Positions 50,899 to 62,940 are shown, counted from the stretch's first letter. The stretch is DNA of 64,000 bases from Bordetella parapertussis (GCA_945861875.1 CAMAWC010000004.1:4597-68596), one strand, 5' to 3'. The notes: generated by a model not told the origin, from the sequence alone. Translations and numbers: made by a program.

Positions 50899-53625
50899 GT
50901 GGGAAAAATCACCATCAAAATATGCTTATCGGCACTAGTACTTTTGCTGCTGCCACTGACCGCCTCGGGGGCGGGTCTGGGCAAGATCACGGTGCAATCC
51001 GCGCTGGGGCAGCCGCTGCGTGCCGAGGTGGAAGTATCCTCGGTACAGCCGGGTGAAGTCGATTCCCTTGTTGCCCGCATGGCGCCGGCCCAGGCATACC
51101 GTGATGCCGGAATTGAAGTCAATGCGGCGCTGATCTCTATCAAGTTCGCGACCGAGCGGCGGCCCGATGGCCGTCATGTCGTGGTGCTGACTTCGTCCGC
51201 GCCGATCAATGAACCGTTTCTTGACATTCTCATCGAGCTGTCCAGTTCCAACGGTCGCCTGATTCGCGAGTACACCTTTTTGCTTGACCCCCCTGAATAC
51301 AAGGTACCGCAAGTTGCCGCGCCGCCAGTAGCGCCTGTCGCACCTCCGGCCGCACGCATACAACCGGTTGAGCAACCGCGGCAACCGGAAATGCGCGTGC
51401 CCGTACCAGCTGAGCAGAAACCGCCCGTATCGGCCCCTGTCCAGACGGCATCCAAGGCCAAGGGCGGCGCAGCATATGAAGTAAAGCGCGGAGACACACT
51501 CGCCAAGATCGCCAGAACGACCAAGCCGGATGGCGTTTCCCTGCAGCAGATGCTCATCGCGCTGTATCGCGGCAACACCGATGCGTTTGACGGCGACAAC
51601 ATCAACCGCCTGCGTTCGGGACGCATTCTCACCGTGCCCGACAAGGAAGCGGTGGCCGCTGTCGATCAGGCTGAAGCGCAGCGCTTGGTTATTGCGCAGG
51701 GGCAGGAATTTAACGAATACCGCCGCAAGCTAGGCGCAAGCGTGGCCCAGGCGCCGGCACATGCGGAAGGCAAGCGTCGCAGTTCGGGAGGGAAGATCAC
51801 TTCCCAAACTGAAGACAAACCATTGCCGGCGAAGGATCAGAAAGACCAGCTGAAGCTGTCCAAGGCAGAGGCCGGCAAGGCCGGCGGCAAATCCGCGGCG
51901 GACGATCTTATTGCCAAGGACAAGGCGATTAAGGAAGCCAACGATCGCGTTGCGGAACTGGAAAAGACGGTCAAGGAATTGCAAAAAGCGCTGGAACTGG
52001 CGAGCAAATCGATGGCCGGTATGCAGCAGCAGGCACAGGTTAAGCCGGCTGCGGCGCTGGCAGCGAAAGCCGATGGAGTTAAAGCGGATGCAGCGAAAAC
52101 GCCGGTGGTTGTTGCGGAGCCGGCCAAGGCAGCGCCAGCGGCGGCAGCCAAGGCGGACGCGGCTAAAGCCCCTGAAGCTGCGAAAGCCCCAGATGCCGCG
52201 AAAGCGGCTGCAGCGCCTGATGCGCCGAAGCCGGCCGAACCTACTGAGGCGACCAAGGTGAGCGACGCACCGAAGGCTGAGCCCGCCAAAGCGGCGCCCA
52301 AGGCTGCGGCCAAAGCGCCGCCACCGCCGCCGCCCAGCTTTGTTGATGAATTACTCGACGATCCGGCGATGCTGGGTGGGGCCGGGGCGGTACTGATCGG
52401 GTTGCTTGGATACGGCGCGTACGCTTATCGTAAAAAGCGCCAGTCGCAGTTTGAAAACAGCATCATGGGCGCGTCAACGCCGATGGATTCGAGTTCGGTG
52501 TTTGGAACCTCTGGTGGGCAGAACGTCGACACGGGCAGCAGCCAGTTCCAGACCGACTTCAGCCAAGGCGGGGTCGGGACCATCGATACCGACGAGGTTG
52601 ACCCGATAGCTGAAGCTGATGTCTATATTGCCTATGGACGTGACGCCCAGGCGGAGGAGATCCTCAAGGAGGCTCTGTCCAAGGATCCGTCGCGGCACGT
52701 TGTTACAGCCAAATTGCTGGAGATATATGCGTCGCGCAAGGATCTAAAATCCTTCGAGTCGACGGCTGCGGGTCTGAATACCGCAACAGGTGGACAGGGC
52801 CCTGAGTGGGAAAAAGCCCTTGCCCTAGGGCAATCGATAGATCCACAAAATCGGCTATATGGCGGCGGTGGTGCTGTCCCGTCGGCAGCGCCGGACGAGT
52901 CTGCCACGGTTGCGATTGCTGCTGCCGCGCCCGATATCGAGTTGGATGTCTCGCTGGATGAGCCGGCTCCGGAGGCCGCCGTCGAGGTCTCAGCCGGCCT
53001 TGATTTTGATTTGGGCGCTCCGGGAGGGGAAGCTGCGACCGGAACAGATGCTGCCCTGGACATCAGTGCTGCTCAGCCTGAAGAGGCGCCAATGGACTTG
53101 GGCTTCGACCTGAGCCTGGACGCCGAACCCAAGGCCGCCGCCAGTACTGATTTCACGCCTGAAGGAACGCAGATTTTCGTACCCACTGCAGGTGGCGCCG
53201 AAGACGCAGGCGCTTCCATGGAGCCCGCGCTCGATGGCGGACTGGATATCAGTTTCGATTTGCCGTCACCGGATGCTCCGGCTGGCGATGGAACTGCCGC
53301 CGATGCAGGCCTAAGCGGCGCTTCCATCGATTTTGATCTCGCCCTGGGTGAGCCGGCCGACAAGCCGGAGGAAGTCGCTGCGGCGCCACTTGAAATGGAT
53401 TTGTCCTCGATCAGCCTTGATTTGGGCGCGCCCGGTGATGCTGATGCGGTGGCCCCGACGGGCGATGCACGATGGCAGGAAGTTGCAACCAAGCTTGACC
53501 TCGCCAAGGCCTATGAGGAAATGGGCGACAAAGATGGTGCGCGCGACCTGCTCAAGGAAGTCATGAAAGAAGGCGACGGGGCGCAACAGCAACAGGCAAA
53601 GACTTTGTTGGTAGCGCTCGGCTGA
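50899..53625 (+). CDS. fimV: FimV/HubP-family polar landmark protein (LysM peptidoglycan-binding)
   Basis: ORF 50839-53625. GTG 50899 is preferred because it gives a signal-peptide-like N-terminus. N-terminal LGKITVQSALGQPLRAEVEV. LysM domain YEVKRGDTLAKIA. One TM helix. Acidic repeats. C-terminal LDLAKAYEEMGDKDGARDLL motif. Confidence 0.88.
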   Translation: MGKITIKICLSALVLLLLPLTASGAGLGKITVQSALGQPLRAEVEVSSVQPGEVDSLVARMAPAQAYRDAGIEVNAALISIKFATERRPDGRHVVVLTSSAPINEPFLDILIELSSSNGRLIREYTFLLDPPEYKVPQVAAPPVAPVAPPAARIQPVEQPRQPEMRVPVPAEQKPPVSAPVQTASKAKGGAAYEVKRGDTLAKIARTTKPDGVSLQQMLIALYRGNTDAFDGDNINRLRSGRILTVPDKEAVAAVDQAEAQRLVIAQGQEFNEYRRKLGASVAQAPAHAEGKRRSSGGKITSQTEDKPLPAKDQKDQLKLSKAEAGKAGGKSAADDLIAKDKAIKEANDRVAELEKTVKELQKALELASKSMAGMQQQAQVKPAAALAAKADGVKADAAKTPVVVAEPAKAAPAAAAKADAAKAPEAAKAPDAAKAAAAPDAPKPAEPTEATKVSDAPKAEPAKAAPKAAAKAPPPPPPSFVDELLDDPAMLGGAGAVLIGLLGYGAYAYRKKRQSQFENSIMGASTPMDSSSVFGTSGGQNVDTGSSQFQTDFSQGGVGTIDTDEVDPIAEADVYIAYGRDAQAEEILKEALSKDPSRHVVTAKLLEIYASRKDLKSFESTAAGLNTATGGQGPEWEKALALGQSIDPQNRLYGGGGAVPSAAPDESATVAIAAAAPDIELDVSLDEPAPEAAVEVSAGLDFDLGAPGGEAATGTDAALDISAAQPEEAPMDLGFDLSLDAEPKAAASTDFTPEGTQIFVPTAGGAEDAGASMEPALDGGLDISFDLPSPDAPAGDGTAADAGLSGASIDFDLALGEPADKPEEVAAAPLEMDLSSISLDLGAPGDADAVAPTGDARWQEVATKLDLAKAYEEMGDKDGARDLLKEVMKEGDGAQQQQAKTLLVALG

Positions 53626-53643
53626 TTCGCCACTCCGCCCATC

Positions 53644-53676
53644 ACAATCGGCGCCGCGAGCGCCGATTGTTTTTTG
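53644..53676 (+). terminator. rho-independent terminator of fimV
   Basis: Perfect 11-bp stem acaatcggcgc/gcgccgattgt with a 5-nt loop, followed by TTTTT. Confidence 0.85.
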
Positions 53677-53805
53677 TGGAAGGAAAACTGAAAGGATGAT
53701 TGCAATACACACAGTAGCGGCTGGCATGCGAGTCGAGTGTCGAACGGGCAAGGATTGCCTTCGCCTGCGCAATGGTGTCGCAGTATTTCCTTGCATTGCG
53801 GCAGT

Positions 53806-54600
53806 ATGAGAATCGCCCTTGGCATCGCGTACGATGGAACGTCGTTTGAGGGATGGCAAAGCCAGCCGTCGCGCAATACCGTCCAGGACAACGTGGAGCG
53901 CGCGCTTAGCAGCGTCGCCCAACATCCGATACGCATTACCGCGGCAGGTCGTACCGACGCCGGAGTGCATGCCATGGCACAGGTCGTGCATTTTGATACC
54001 GATGTTTTCCGTCAGGATAATGCATGGTTGCGCGGGACAAATACGCTGCTGCCGCAGGCAATCGCTGTTCAATGGGCGATTCCGGTAGCAGACGATTTTC
54101 ACGCGCGCTTTTCCGCGACATCGAGAACGTATCGCTATTTGCTGCACAATTACCCGGTGCGTCCGGCGATCCTCGCGGGTCGGGCAGGCTGGTTCCATGC
54201 GCCACTTGACCTTGCGTCAATGCGTGAAGCTGCCGCGATCTTGGTGGGGGAGCACGATTTCAGTGCCTTTCGCTCGTCCCAGTGCCAGGCCAAAAGTCCG
54301 GTGCGTACCCTGCACAGCGTCGACATCACAAGGCATGGCAGTTACCTGGTCTGCACCTTCAGGGCGAATGCCTTTTTGCACCACATGGTGCGAAATCTTG
54401 TAGGTTGCCTTGTCTATGTAGGCAAGGGAAGGTATGCGCCAGATTGGCTGGCCGGGGTCTTGTTGCATCGCGACCGCGCCTTGTGTGCGCCGACCTTCGC
54501 GCCTGACGGTTTGTATCTGGCCGCAGTGGATTATGGCGACCGTTTCCGTCTGCCCGGGTTTGACCAGGCGGTGCCCTTGTTTGCCACAGGAGGGGAATAA
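53806..54600 (+). CDS. truA: tRNA pseudouridine(38-40) synthase
   Basis: ATG 53806. [20 protein letters not shown], catalytic GRTDAGVHA. Confidence 0.93.
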   Translation: MRIALGIAYDGTSFEGWQSQPSRNTVQDNVERALSSVAQHPIRITAAGRTDAGVHAMAQVVHFDTDVFRQDNAWLRGTNTLLPQAIAVQWAIPVADDFHARFSATSRTYRYLLHNYPVRPAILAGRAGWFHAPLDLASMREAAAILVGEHDFSAFRSSQCQAKSPVRTLHSVDITRHGSYLVCTFRANAFLHHMVRNLVGCLVYVGKGRYAPDWLAGVLLHRDRALCAPTFAPDGLYLAAVDYGDRFRLPGFDQAVPLFATGGE

Positions 54601-55223
54601 TGCGAACCAGGATCAAGATCTGCGGTATCACGCGCACCGAGGACGCCATGGCTGCGGCTGATGCCGGTGCCGATGCGATTGGCCTGGTGTTTTATGCGCC
54701 CAGTCCGCGCTGTGTTTCCACTTCCAATGCGGCGGAAATAATTCGCGCCCTTCCGCCGTATGTCGGCAGTGTCGCGCTTTTTGTAAACCCGTCCCAGGCG
54801 GAAGTTGAGAACGTGCTCGCCGCATGTCCGGTTTCGGCGATGCAGTTTCATGGCGAGGAGACGGCCAAGTTCTGCGGCCAGTTTGGCCTGCCTTTTGTCA
54901 AGGCGGCGCGGGTCAGGACGGGGTTCAATCTGATAAACTACTTAACTGAATTTCAGGATGCGGCCGGCTGGTTGCTTGACGCTTTTCATGACGATGCCTA
55001 TGGCGGCAAGGGTGCGGTCTTTGACTGGGCCTTGATTCCACCCGGACTCAAGCGGCCGCTAATCCTGTCAGGCGGACTGGGTATCGAGAATGTAGAAGAA
55101 GCGGTAAGGCGGGTGCGGCCGTGGGCGGTCGACGTTTCCAGCGGTGTTGAGGCAAACAAGGGAATCAAGGACGCGGCAAAGATCGTGGCTTTCATCAGAA
55201 AGGTAAAGCATGCAGATGTATGA
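54600..55223 (+). CDS. trpF: phosphoribosylanthranilate isomerase
   Basis: [27 protein letters not shown]. The start overlaps the truA stop. Confidence 0.93.
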   Translation: MRTRIKICGITRTEDAMAAADAGADAIGLVFYAPSPRCVSTSNAAEIIRALPPYVGSVALFVNPSQAEVENVLAACPVSAMQFHGEETAKFCGQFGLPFVKAARVRTGFNLINYLTEFQDAAGWLLDAFHDDAYGGKGAVFDWALIPPGLKRPLILSGGLGIENVEEAVRRVRPWAVDVSSGVEANKGIKDAAKIVAFIRKVKHADV

Positions 55224-56409
55224 CCTGCCCGACAGTCGCGGGCATTTTGGGCCTTATGGCGGGGTATTTGTTTCGGAAACCCTGGTTCACGCCCTGGATG
55301 AACTGCGGGTAGCCTACCAGCACTATTCCAAGGATCCGGCTTTTCTTGAGGAATTTCACTACGAACTGAAGCATTTTGTCGGACGTCCAAGCCCCGTCTA
55401 CCATGCCAAACGGCTGTCGGAATTGTGCGGTGGTGCGCAGATATACCTCAAGCGCGAGGATCTCAACCACACCGGCGCGCACAAGATCAACAACACCATC
55501 GGACAGGCCTTGCTGGCTCGTCGCATGGGCAAGAAACGCGTCATTGCCGAGACCGGGGCAGGGCAGCACGGTGTCGCGAGCGCCACGGTCGCCGCCCGCT
55601 TCGGCATGGAATGCATCGTATTCATGGGCTCGGAGGACATCAAGCGCCAGGTCCAGAACGTCTACCGGATGAAACTTCTCGGCGCGACGGTGGTGCCGGT
55701 AGAGTCCGGTTCAAAAACGCTCAAGGACGCGCTCAATGAAGCCATGCGCGACTGGGTTACCAATGTAAACGAAACCTATTACATCATTGGTACCGTTGCC
55801 GGCCCGCATCCCTACCCGATGATGGTTCGTGATTTCAATTCGGTAGTGGGCAAGGAGTGCCTGACACAGGTGCCCGAGATGATCGGGCGCCACCCGGATG
55901 CCGTGCTCGCCTGTGTCGGCGGCGGATCCAACGCGATGGGCATTTTTTATCCCTATATTTCCCACGAGCAGGTGCGCTTGATTGGCGTCGAGGCCGGCGG
56001 GCACGGCATCGACAGCGGTAAGCACGCAGCTTCGCTTACCGCCGGCAAGCCCGGCGTGTTGCACGGCAACCGGACTTATCTGCTGCAGGACAAGAACGGC
56101 CAGATTATCGAGACGCACTCGATCTCGGCCGGGCTGGACTACCCTGGAGTGGGGCCGGAACACGCCTGGCTCAAGGACTCCAAGCGCGCAGAATACGTGA
56201 CGGTAACCGATGATGAGGCGCTCAAGGCTTTCCATGACCTGTGTCGCTACGAAGGCATTATTCCGGCCCTCGAGTCGAGCCACGCCCTGGCCTACGCCGC
56301 CCGACTCGCACCGACCATGGCCAAGGACAAGGTTTTGCTGGTCAATTTATCGGGACGTGGTGACAAGGATATGCAAACCGTGTCCGAACAATCGGCACTC
56401 AAGGCCTGA
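55210..56409 (+). CDS. trpB: tryptophan synthase beta chain
   Basis: [19 protein letters not shown] (PLP lysine), GGGSNAMG. Confidence 0.97.
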   Translation: MQMYDLPDSRGHFGPYGGVFVSETLVHALDELRVAYQHYSKDPAFLEEFHYELKHFVGRPSPVYHAKRLSELCGGAQIYLKREDLNHTGAHKINNTIGQALLARRMGKKRVIAETGAGQHGVASATVAARFGMECIVFMGSEDIKRQVQNVYRMKLLGATVVPVESGSKTLKDALNEAMRDWVTNVNETYYIIGTVAGPHPYPMMVRDFNSVVGKECLTQVPEMIGRHPDAVLACVGGGSNAMGIFYPYISHEQVRLIGVEAGGHGIDSGKHAASLTAGKPGVLHGNRTYLLQDKNGQIIETHSISAGLDYPGVGPEHAWLKDSKRAEYVTVTDDEALKAFHDLCRYEGIIPALESSHALAYAARLAPTMAKDKVLLVNLSGRGDKDMQTVSEQSALKA

Positions 56410-56441
56410 GGTCCGCGATCGTATCCCTCTACAACGAGGAT

Positions 56442-57206
56442 GTGCTCTCTGGCATGGCCAGGATCGAGGACGCATCAATCGACCTGGTGGTTGCCGATCC
56501 GCCGTACGGACTGGGAAAGGATTACGGCAACGACTCTGACATGCTCTCGGGGGCGGCATACCTTGATTTCAGCAGGCGCTGGGTCGATGTTTTGCTGCCC
56601 AAGCTCACGCCGCACGCGTGTCTGTATGTCTTCCTGTCCTGGCAGAACGCGCCGGAAGTCTTCAGCTACATCAAGACCCGCATGACCATGATCAACGAAA
56701 TCATCTGGGATCGTCGTGTGCCGAGCATGGGCGGGAGCACGAGAAAGTTTAGTTCGGTGCACGATAACATCGGACTGTTTGCCATGTCCAAGGACTACCA
56801 CTTTGACATTGATGCCGTGCGCATTCCATACGATGCAGAGACGAAAAAGGCCCGAACCCGCTCGATTTTTATCGGCAAAAAATGGCTTGAGCTTGGCTAC
56901 AACCCCAAGGACCTGTGGAGCGTGTCGCGCCTGCACCGCCAGGATCCGGAACGCGAAGAGCATCCGACGCAAAAGCCGCTTGAAATCGTCGAGCGCATGG
57001 TTCTGGCGAGCAGTGCGCCCGGCGCAATGGTGCTCGATCCGTTCATGGGCAGTGGTACCACGGCGGAGGCGGCGTTGCTCCACGGCCGGCGGTTTACGGG
57101 TTTTGAGTTGAATCCGGAATATTTTTCCCTGGTCCAGAACCGGGTGGCGCGCCTGCAGAAAAAATCTCGCGCCGCACCGGCCGTTGAATCCTTGTTGAGA
57201 GTCTGA
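56442..57206 (+). CDS. solitary beta-class DNA methyltransferase (N6-adenine or N4-cytosine), inserted between trpB and trpA
   Basis: Motif [12 protein letters not shown] lies N-terminal and motif [14 protein letters not shown] lies C-terminal, with HPTQKPLE between them. No restriction gene is adjacent. The true start may lie upstream (see findings). Confidence 0.85.
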   Translation: MLSGMARIEDASIDLVVADPPYGLGKDYGNDSDMLSGAAYLDFSRRWVDVLLPKLTPHACLYVFLSWQNAPEVFSYIKTRMTMINEIIWDRRVPSMGGSTRKFSSVHDNIGLFAMSKDYHFDIDAVRIPYDAETKKARTRSIFIGKKWLELGYNPKDLWSVSRLHRQDPEREEHPTQKPLEIVERMVLASSAPGAMVLDPFMGSGTTAEAALLHGRRFTGFELNPEYFSLVQNRVARLQKKSRAAPAVESLLRV

Positions 57207-57208
57207 TC

Positions 57209-58006
57209 ATGTCGCGTATTAAGGGAGTTTTTAAGTCGCTAGCAGAAAAAAAACGTACCGCACTGATTCCATTTGTCACCGCCGGCGATCCTGATCCGGG
57301 AAAAACCGTGGAACTCATGCATGCGCTTGCCGAGGCGGGAGCCGACGTCATCGAACTGGGTGTGCCGTTCTCGGACCCGATGGCCGATGGCCCGGTGATA
57401 CAAAGGGCAAGTGAGCGGGCGCTGAAACGCGGGGTGGGGCTGGATCGTGTTCTCGAATTCGTGGCCGAATTTCGCAAAAGCAATGCGCGAACGCCGGTTG
57501 TGCTGATGGGCTATGCCAATCCGATCGAGGCGATGGGGGCGGAGGTATTTGCAAAACAGGCGCAAGCCAGCGGCGTGGATGGCGTGCTGGTGGTCGATTA
57601 TCCGCCCGAGGAGTCGGTCGAGTTCTCGCAGCTGATGCGCAAGCACGACATGGATTTGATTTTCTTGCTTGCGCCGACCTCGACGGATGAGCGCATCAGA
57701 CAGGTTGCAAAACTGGCAAGCGGATACATTTATTACGTTTCGCTCAAGGGCGTGACCGGGGCGAAGACGCTTGACTTCGCCGCGGTCGCCGAGAAGTTGC
57801 CGCAGATACGCAAACACACCAGTTTGCCGGTTGGGGTGGGCTTTGGTATCAGGGACGGGGAGACGGCAAAGGCCGTTGCGGGGCTGGCAGACGCTGTGGT
57901 CATTGGCAGTCGGATTATCGAGCAAATGGAAGCGGCCGGCGAGGGGGCGCAAATTGGGTGCGCGCGCGATTTCATCGCCGACATACGCAAGGCTCTGGAC
58001 GCATGA
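57209..58006 (+). CDS. trpA: tryptophan synthase alpha chain
   Basis: [37 protein letters not shown]. Confidence 0.96.
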   Translation: MSRIKGVFKSLAEKKRTALIPFVTAGDPDPGKTVELMHALAEAGADVIELGVPFSDPMADGPVIQRASERALKRGVGLDRVLEFVAEFRKSNARTPVVLMGYANPIEAMGAEVFAKQAQASGVDGVLVVDYPPEESVEFSQLMRKHDMDLIFLLAPTSTDERIRQVAKLASGYIYYVSLKGVTGAKTLDFAAVAEKLPQIRKHTSLPVGVGFGIRDGETAKAVAGLADAVVIGSRIIEQMEAAGEGAQIGCARDFIADIRKALDA

Positions 58007-58872
58007 GCTGGTTGCAAAAACTGCTGCCCCCGAAGATCAATCGGTCGGGTACAGGGGTGAAGAAGGTGGTTCCCGAGGGTCTCTGGAGCAAGTGCCCCTC
58101 GTGCAGTGCGGTACTCTACGCGACCGACTTGGAAAGCAACGTCAGCGTTTGTCCAAAATGCGCCTACCATAACCGCCTCTCGGCGAGGGAGCGACTCGAC
58201 ATGCTGCTCGATGCCGAGGGTCGTTTCGAGATCGGCGCCGAGGTCGAACCGGTTGATACCCTGCGCTTCAAGGACAGCAGGAAGTACAGTGAGCGGCTGA
58301 GCGAGGCGCAAAGCTCAACCGGCGAAGGCGATGCGCTGGTGGTCATGCAGGGTGCGGTCAAGACCGTGCCGCTGGTGGTGGCGGCCTTCGAATTTGACTT
58401 CATGGGAGGCTCCATGGGTTCTGTGGTGGGAGAGCGCTTTGTGCGCGGCGTACATGTCTGCCTGGACCAGAACCTGCCGTTCATTTGTGTCGCCGCAAGC
58501 GGCGGCGCACGCATGCAGGAAGGCCTGCTTTCGCTGATGCAGATGGCAAAGACGACGGCGGCGCTGACCCTCCTTTCCAACCGACAGCTACCGTTCATTT
58601 CGCTTCTCACCGATCCGACCATGGGCGGGGTGTCCGCGAGCTTTGCATTTCTTGGCGATGTAGTCATCGCAGAACCGCGGTCCTTGATCGGCTTTGCCGG
58701 GCCACGGGTGATTGAGCAGACCGTGCGGGAAAAGCTCCCCGAGGGATTCCAGCGTGCGGAATTCCTGCTGGAAAAAGGCGCTGTCGACATGATCGTCGAC
58801 AGACGGCAGCTGCGTGACAAACTGGCGAACTTGTTGACGATGTTGATGCGCCAGCCGCCGGCCGGAAGCTAG
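58003..58872 (+). CDS. accD: acetyl-CoA carboxylase carboxyltransferase beta subunit
   Basis: ATG 58003 overlaps the trpA stop. Zn-ribbon CPSC...[16 protein letters not shown]. Confidence 0.96.
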   Translation: MSWLQKLLPPKINRSGTGVKKVVPEGLWSKCPSCSAVLYATDLESNVSVCPKCAYHNRLSARERLDMLLDAEGRFEIGAEVEPVDTLRFKDSRKYSERLSEAQSSTGEGDALVVMQGAVKTVPLVVAAFEFDFMGGSMGSVVGERFVRGVHVCLDQNLPFICVAASGGARMQEGLLSLMQMAKTTAALTLLSNRQLPFISLLTDPTMGGVSASFAFLGDVVIAEPRSLIGFAGPRVIEQTVREKLPEGFQRAEFLLEKGAVDMIVDRRQLRDKLANLLTMLMRQPPAGS

Positions 58873-60171
58873 GTGCATCCGGTCACGCCACGCGCGGGTG
58901 ATCTGGCTGCCTGGCTCCGGCATATCGAGCAACTGCATCCCAAGACCATGGAGCTTGGGCTCGAACGCGTCGCCAAGGTCAATCGTGAGCTGGCCGTCGG
59001 CCTGAATTGCCCGGTCATCACCGTGGGCGGAACCAACGGCAAGGGTTCGACCTGCGCCATGCTCGAGGCGATTCTGCTCGCCGCGGGGTATCGCACCGGC
59101 CTTTACACCTCGCCGCACCTGCTGCATTACAACGAGCGGGTGCGCATCAACGGATGCAGCGTGGAAGATGATGCGCTGGCCGGGGCGTTTGCCAAGGTCG
59201 AAAAGGCGCGGGGCGGGGTTGCCCTGACTTATTTCGAATTTGGCACGCTGGCGGCATGGGAATTATTTTGCCGCAGCAACCTGGATGTCGTGATTCTCGA
59301 GGTCGGCCTCGGTGGCCGGCTGGATGCGGTGAACCTGTTTGACCCGGACTGTGCGATTCTCACCAGCGTCGACCTTGACCACACCGAGTGGCTCGGCGAA
59401 ACGCGCGAAAAAATAGGTTGGGAAAAGGCGCATATTTTCCGCTCTGGAAGACCGGCGATCTGTGCCGATCCGGTGCCGCCGCAAAGCGTGCTCACCCACG
59501 CTGCCGCGGTCGGCGCAAACCTGCAACTCATCGGACGGGATTTTGGCTACCAGGGGGATCGCCAGCAGTGGGGCTATTGGGGGCGTGGTGGCAAAAAGGC
59601 GGGTCTGGCTTATCCGGCACTGCGCGGCGCCAACCAGTTGCTCAACGCCTCCGCCGCGCTTTGCGCGCTGGACGCGCTGCGGGAGCGTATTCCGGTTGGC
59701 ATGCACGATGTGCGAAAGGGGCTGTCGCTGGTGGAACTGCACGGCCGCTTCCAGGTAATGCCGGGCAGGCCGGTTGTCGTGCTTGATGTTGCACACAATC
59801 CGCACGCCGCTGCCGTACTTGCGGAAAATATCTCGAACATGGGTTTTGCCCCAATCACGATTGCCGTTTTCGGGATGTTGCGCGACAAGGACATCGCCGG
59901 TGTTGTGGCGAGGCTGGCTGGCCGTATTGATCGCTGGCACCTCGCCACGCTGAACCATCCGCGCGGCGCCAGCGCCGCGGACCTGGCTCATGCGCTTGCC
60001 CAGGCGGGGGTAAAAGTCCCGGCTATTGAGTTTGAATCGGCGCAAAGCGCGTATGCATCCGCGGTAGTGGAGGCCGGCGAAAATGATAGAATCGTCGTGT
60101 TTGGATCGTTTATTACCGTCTCTGACGTCATAGCGGCCCGCGCTAATCAACCCACCCCAACTCATGTCTGA
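58873..60171 (+). CDS. folC: bifunctional folylpolyglutamate synthase/dihydrofolate synthase
   Basis: GTG start immediately after the accD stop. VGGTNGKGST P-loop. LEVGLGGRLDA. Confidence 0.93.
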   Translation: MHPVTPRAGDLAAWLRHIEQLHPKTMELGLERVAKVNRELAVGLNCPVITVGGTNGKGSTCAMLEAILLAAGYRTGLYTSPHLLHYNERVRINGCSVEDDALAGAFAKVEKARGGVALTYFEFGTLAAWELFCRSNLDVVILEVGLGGRLDAVNLFDPDCAILTSVDLDHTEWLGETREKIGWEKAHIFRSGRPAICADPVPPQSVLTHAAAVGANLQLIGRDFGYQGDRQQWGYWGRGGKKAGLAYPALRGANQLLNASAALCALDALRERIPVGMHDVRKGLSLVELHGRFQVMPGRPVVVLDVAHNPHAAAVLAENISNMGFAPITIAVFGMLRDKDIAGVVARLAGRIDRWHLATLNHPRGASAADLAHALAQAGVKVPAIEFESAQSAYASAVVEAGENDRIVVFGSFITVSDVIAARANQPTPTHV

Positions 60172-60826
60172 CAGTCAAGACGCACTATTGGTAAAAAAAC
60201 GCGCCCGTCGCCGGTTGATCGGGGCGGTGGCACTCGTGCTTCTGGTCGTCATCGTGCTGCCTATGGTGCTCGACAAGGATCCCAAACCGCTGCAAAACGA
60301 ACTGTCGGTGCAGATTCCGCGCCAGGATGCGGGCGGGTTCAAGACCCGCGTTTTGCCCGCAGCAACGGCTCCCGCCAAGGGCGAGACACCTTCAGATGCC
60401 TCAAAGTCTGCGACGCCGGCCGCCGCGACCACGGCGGCTTTACCGCCTGCCGCAAAGGAGGCTTCCAAAACGGCGGAGAAGCCGGCGTCAAAGGAAGCCG
60501 GAGCCGCAGACCAGTTCAAGCAGCCCGAGGTGAAGGCGCCTGTCACCGTGGTACCGGCGGCTGAGGCAGAACGCGCACAGGCGGCGTTGCGCGATGAATC
60601 CTGGGTGATTCCCATGGGCACGTTCGCCAGCGCCGTGAATGTCAAACAATTGCAGGCCAAACTCGGAGCGGCGGGGGTGAAATCAAGCACCGAAACCGTC
60701 AAGAGCGCAACCGGTGACCAGATTCGCGTACGCGGTGGCCCCTTCAAGACCAAGGCTGAGGCCGAAACCGCGCGCCAGGCGCTGGTCGCGGCGGGCATGG
60801 ATGCGGGGGCGGTAACGACACGATGA
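60164..60826 (+). CDS. SPOR-domain cell-division protein (DedD-like)
   Basis: N-terminal TM helix, Ala/Pro/Lys-rich linker and a C-terminal SPOR fold (WVIPMGTFASAVNV...IRVRGGPFKTKAEAE). Confidence 0.8.
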   Translation: MSDSQDALLVKKRARRRLIGAVALVLLVVIVLPMVLDKDPKPLQNELSVQIPRQDAGGFKTRVLPAATAPAKGETPSDASKSATPAAATTAALPPAAKEASKTAEKPASKEAGAADQFKQPEVKAPVTVVPAAEAERAQAALRDESWVIPMGTFASAVNVKQLQAKLGAAGVKSSTETVKSATGDQIRVRGGPFKTKAEAETARQALVAAGMDAGAVTTR

Positions 60827-61323
60827 CGTGGTTTGATTACGCTGCGCTCGGCGTGATCGGGCTGTCCATGGTGGTTGGGGTGTTTCGCGGTTTTGCCAGA
60901 GAGGTGATTTCCCTGATTGGATGGATTGCCGCGGCGATTGTCGCCTCTTCTGTGGCAACGCAAGCCGCCGAATGGGTGCCGGCTGCGGTAAGCAGCCCGG
61001 TCGCGCGCGTTGCTCTTGCGTTCGTGATAGTGTTTCTCGCGGTTATTGTGGTATCCGCACTGGCAGGTTGGCTGCTCGCTTCGCTGATCAAGGCGGCGGG
61101 CCTGGGGCTTGCGGACAGGATTCTTGGCGCATTGTTCGGTTTTGCCCGGGGCGCGCTGGTTGTCCTGGTAGTGGTAATGCTGTCCGGATTGACAATGCTG
61201 CCGCGGGAAGCGTTTTGGCGCGAGGCGGTACTGAGCGGTCCGCTTGAGACGGCGGTGATGGCGGCAAAGCCGTTGCTGCCGGCAGAACTGGCGCAGCGTA
61301 TGAAATTTAATTTGGTGAAGTAG
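60823..61323 (+). CDS. cvpA: colicin V production membrane protein CvpA
   Basis: 166 aa with 4 TM helices. [15 protein letters not shown]. Conserved position upstream of purF. Confidence 0.9.
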   Translation: MTWFDYAALGVIGLSMVVGVFRGFAREVISLIGWIAAAIVASSVATQAAEWVPAAVSSPVARVALAFVIVFLAVIVVSALAGWLLASLIKAAGLGLADRILGALFGFARGALVVLVVVMLSGLTMLPREAFWREAVLSGPLETAVMAAKPLLPAELAQRMKFNLVK

Positions 61324-61411
61324 GCAGAAAATTGCAAGGCGGGGCGCCGGGCGTTGCTTGCCCGGCCAAACTGGCTTCCTTGTTTCGTCATCTGTAGAGG
61401 GGCTGCTGTTC

Positions 61412-62926
61412 ATGTGCGGAATTCTCGGTGTTGTATCAAAGATGCCTGCCAATCAGTTGCTCTACGACGGGCTGCTGTTGCTGCAGCATCGTGGGCAGGA
61501 CGCGGCGGGCATTGTCACCAGCGAGGGTAAAACCTTTCACATGCACAAGGGTTCGGGCTACGTCCGTGACGTATTTCGCACGCGCGACATGCGCTCGCTC
61601 CCCGGCAGCATGGGCATTGCGCACTGCCGCTACCCAACGGCCGGCTCGGCTTCGAACGCCGCCGAGGCCCAGCCGTTCTACGTCAATTCACCGTTCGGAA
61701 TCGTGCTTGCCCACAACGGCAACCTGACCAACGCCGATGCCCTCAAGCAGGAAATGTTCCGGCAGGACCTGCGCCACATAAATACCAACTCGGATTCGGA
61801 AGTGCTGCTCAACGTCCTCGCGCACGAGCTGGAAATGTGCTCGAAGGGCTTCCGTCTGGATGCCGAGACGATTTTCAACGCGGTCACCAATGTGTACCTG
61901 CGGTGCAAGGGCGCCTACGCCGTGGTGGCCATGATTGCCGGTCATGGAATGCTCGCATTTCGTGATCCCTACGGCATCCGGCCGCTGATCATCGGCCGCA
62001 ACCGCACCGAACAGGGCGACGAGTACCTGCTCGCTTCCGAAAGCGTGGCGCTTGATGCGTTGGGTTTCGAAACCGTGCGCGATGTATTGCCGGGGGAGGC
62101 CATATTCATCGATGAGCAGTCGCGTTTGTTCAGTTTTCAGTGTGTCAAAAGCATGGTGCTCAGTCCGTGCATTTTCGAATATGTCTACCTCGCGCGCCCG
62201 GATTCTCTGATGGACGGTGTGTCGGTGTATGAATCCCGCCTGCACATGGGTGAGCATCTTGCCGAGAAAATTCGCAGGACCATGCCGGATCATGACATTG
62301 ATGTGGTCATTCCTGTTCCCGATTCAAGCCGTCCGAGTGCCTTGCAACTGGCCAAGGGCCTTGGCATCACTTATCGGGAGGGCTTCGTCAAGAACCGCTA
62401 TATCGGCCGCACCTTCATCATGCCCGGCCAGACGATCCGCAGGAAGTCGGTGCGCCAGAAACTCAATGCCATCGACATGGAATTCAAGGGCAAGAACGTC
62501 CTCATCGTCGATGACTCGATTGTCCGCGGCACCACCAGCCGCGAAATCGTGATGATGGCGCGCGAAGCGGGTGCGAACAAGGTCTATTTCGCCTCTGCCG
62601 CACCGCCGGTGCGCTATCCGAATGTTTATGGCATTGACATGCCGACGCGCCAGGAACTGATCGCAACCGGCCGGACCGAGGAGGAAATCGCCCGCGAAAT
62701 CGGCGCCGACGCGGTCATTTACCAGGACCTCGATGCGCTTATCGAAGCCGTGCGCGAGGCCAATCCGCACCTGACTCAATTCGAAACCTCTTGTTTTGAC
62801 GGCAAGTACATCACCGGCGATATCACCAGCGAGTACCTGGAATCGGTGGAGTTGCAACGCAATGGTTCACGCGGTGACGGCAGCGATGAATCCGAACCCA
62901 ACCAACTGGACTTGAACCTGGCCTAG
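61412..62926 (+). CDS. purF: amidophosphoribosyltransferase
   Basis: ATG 61412 gives MCGILGV (Ntn catalytic Cys). [11 protein letters not shown]. PRTase loop [14 protein letters not shown]. Confidence 0.97.
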   Translation: MCGILGVVSKMPANQLLYDGLLLLQHRGQDAAGIVTSEGKTFHMHKGSGYVRDVFRTRDMRSLPGSMGIAHCRYPTAGSASNAAEAQPFYVNSPFGIVLAHNGNLTNADALKQEMFRQDLRHINTNSDSEVLLNVLAHELEMCSKGFRLDAETIFNAVTNVYLRCKGAYAVVAMIAGHGMLAFRDPYGIRPLIIGRNRTEQGDEYLLASESVALDALGFETVRDVLPGEAIFIDEQSRLFSFQCVKSMVLSPCIFEYVYLARPDSLMDGVSVYESRLHMGEHLAEKIRRTMPDHDIDVVIPVPDSSRPSALQLAKGLGITYREGFVKNRYIGRTFIMPGQTIRRKSVRQKLNAIDMEFKGKNVLIVDDSIVRGTTSREIVMMAREAGANKVYFASAAPPVRYPNVYGIDMPTRQELIATGRTEEEIAREIGADAVIYQDLDALIEAVREANPHLTQFETSCFDGKYITGDITSEYLESVELQRNGSRGDGSDESEPNQLDLNLA

Positions 62927-62940
62927 GGCCATTGCGCCGT

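Noticed and set aside
52060-52335. Repetitive Ala/Lys/Pro-coding tract (AKA.AAKAP...) that looks like a DNA tandem repeat or array
   Set aside because: It is in frame within fimV and encodes the usual low-complexity linker before the TM helix. The repeats are degenerate at the DNA level, with no spacer/repeat architecture.
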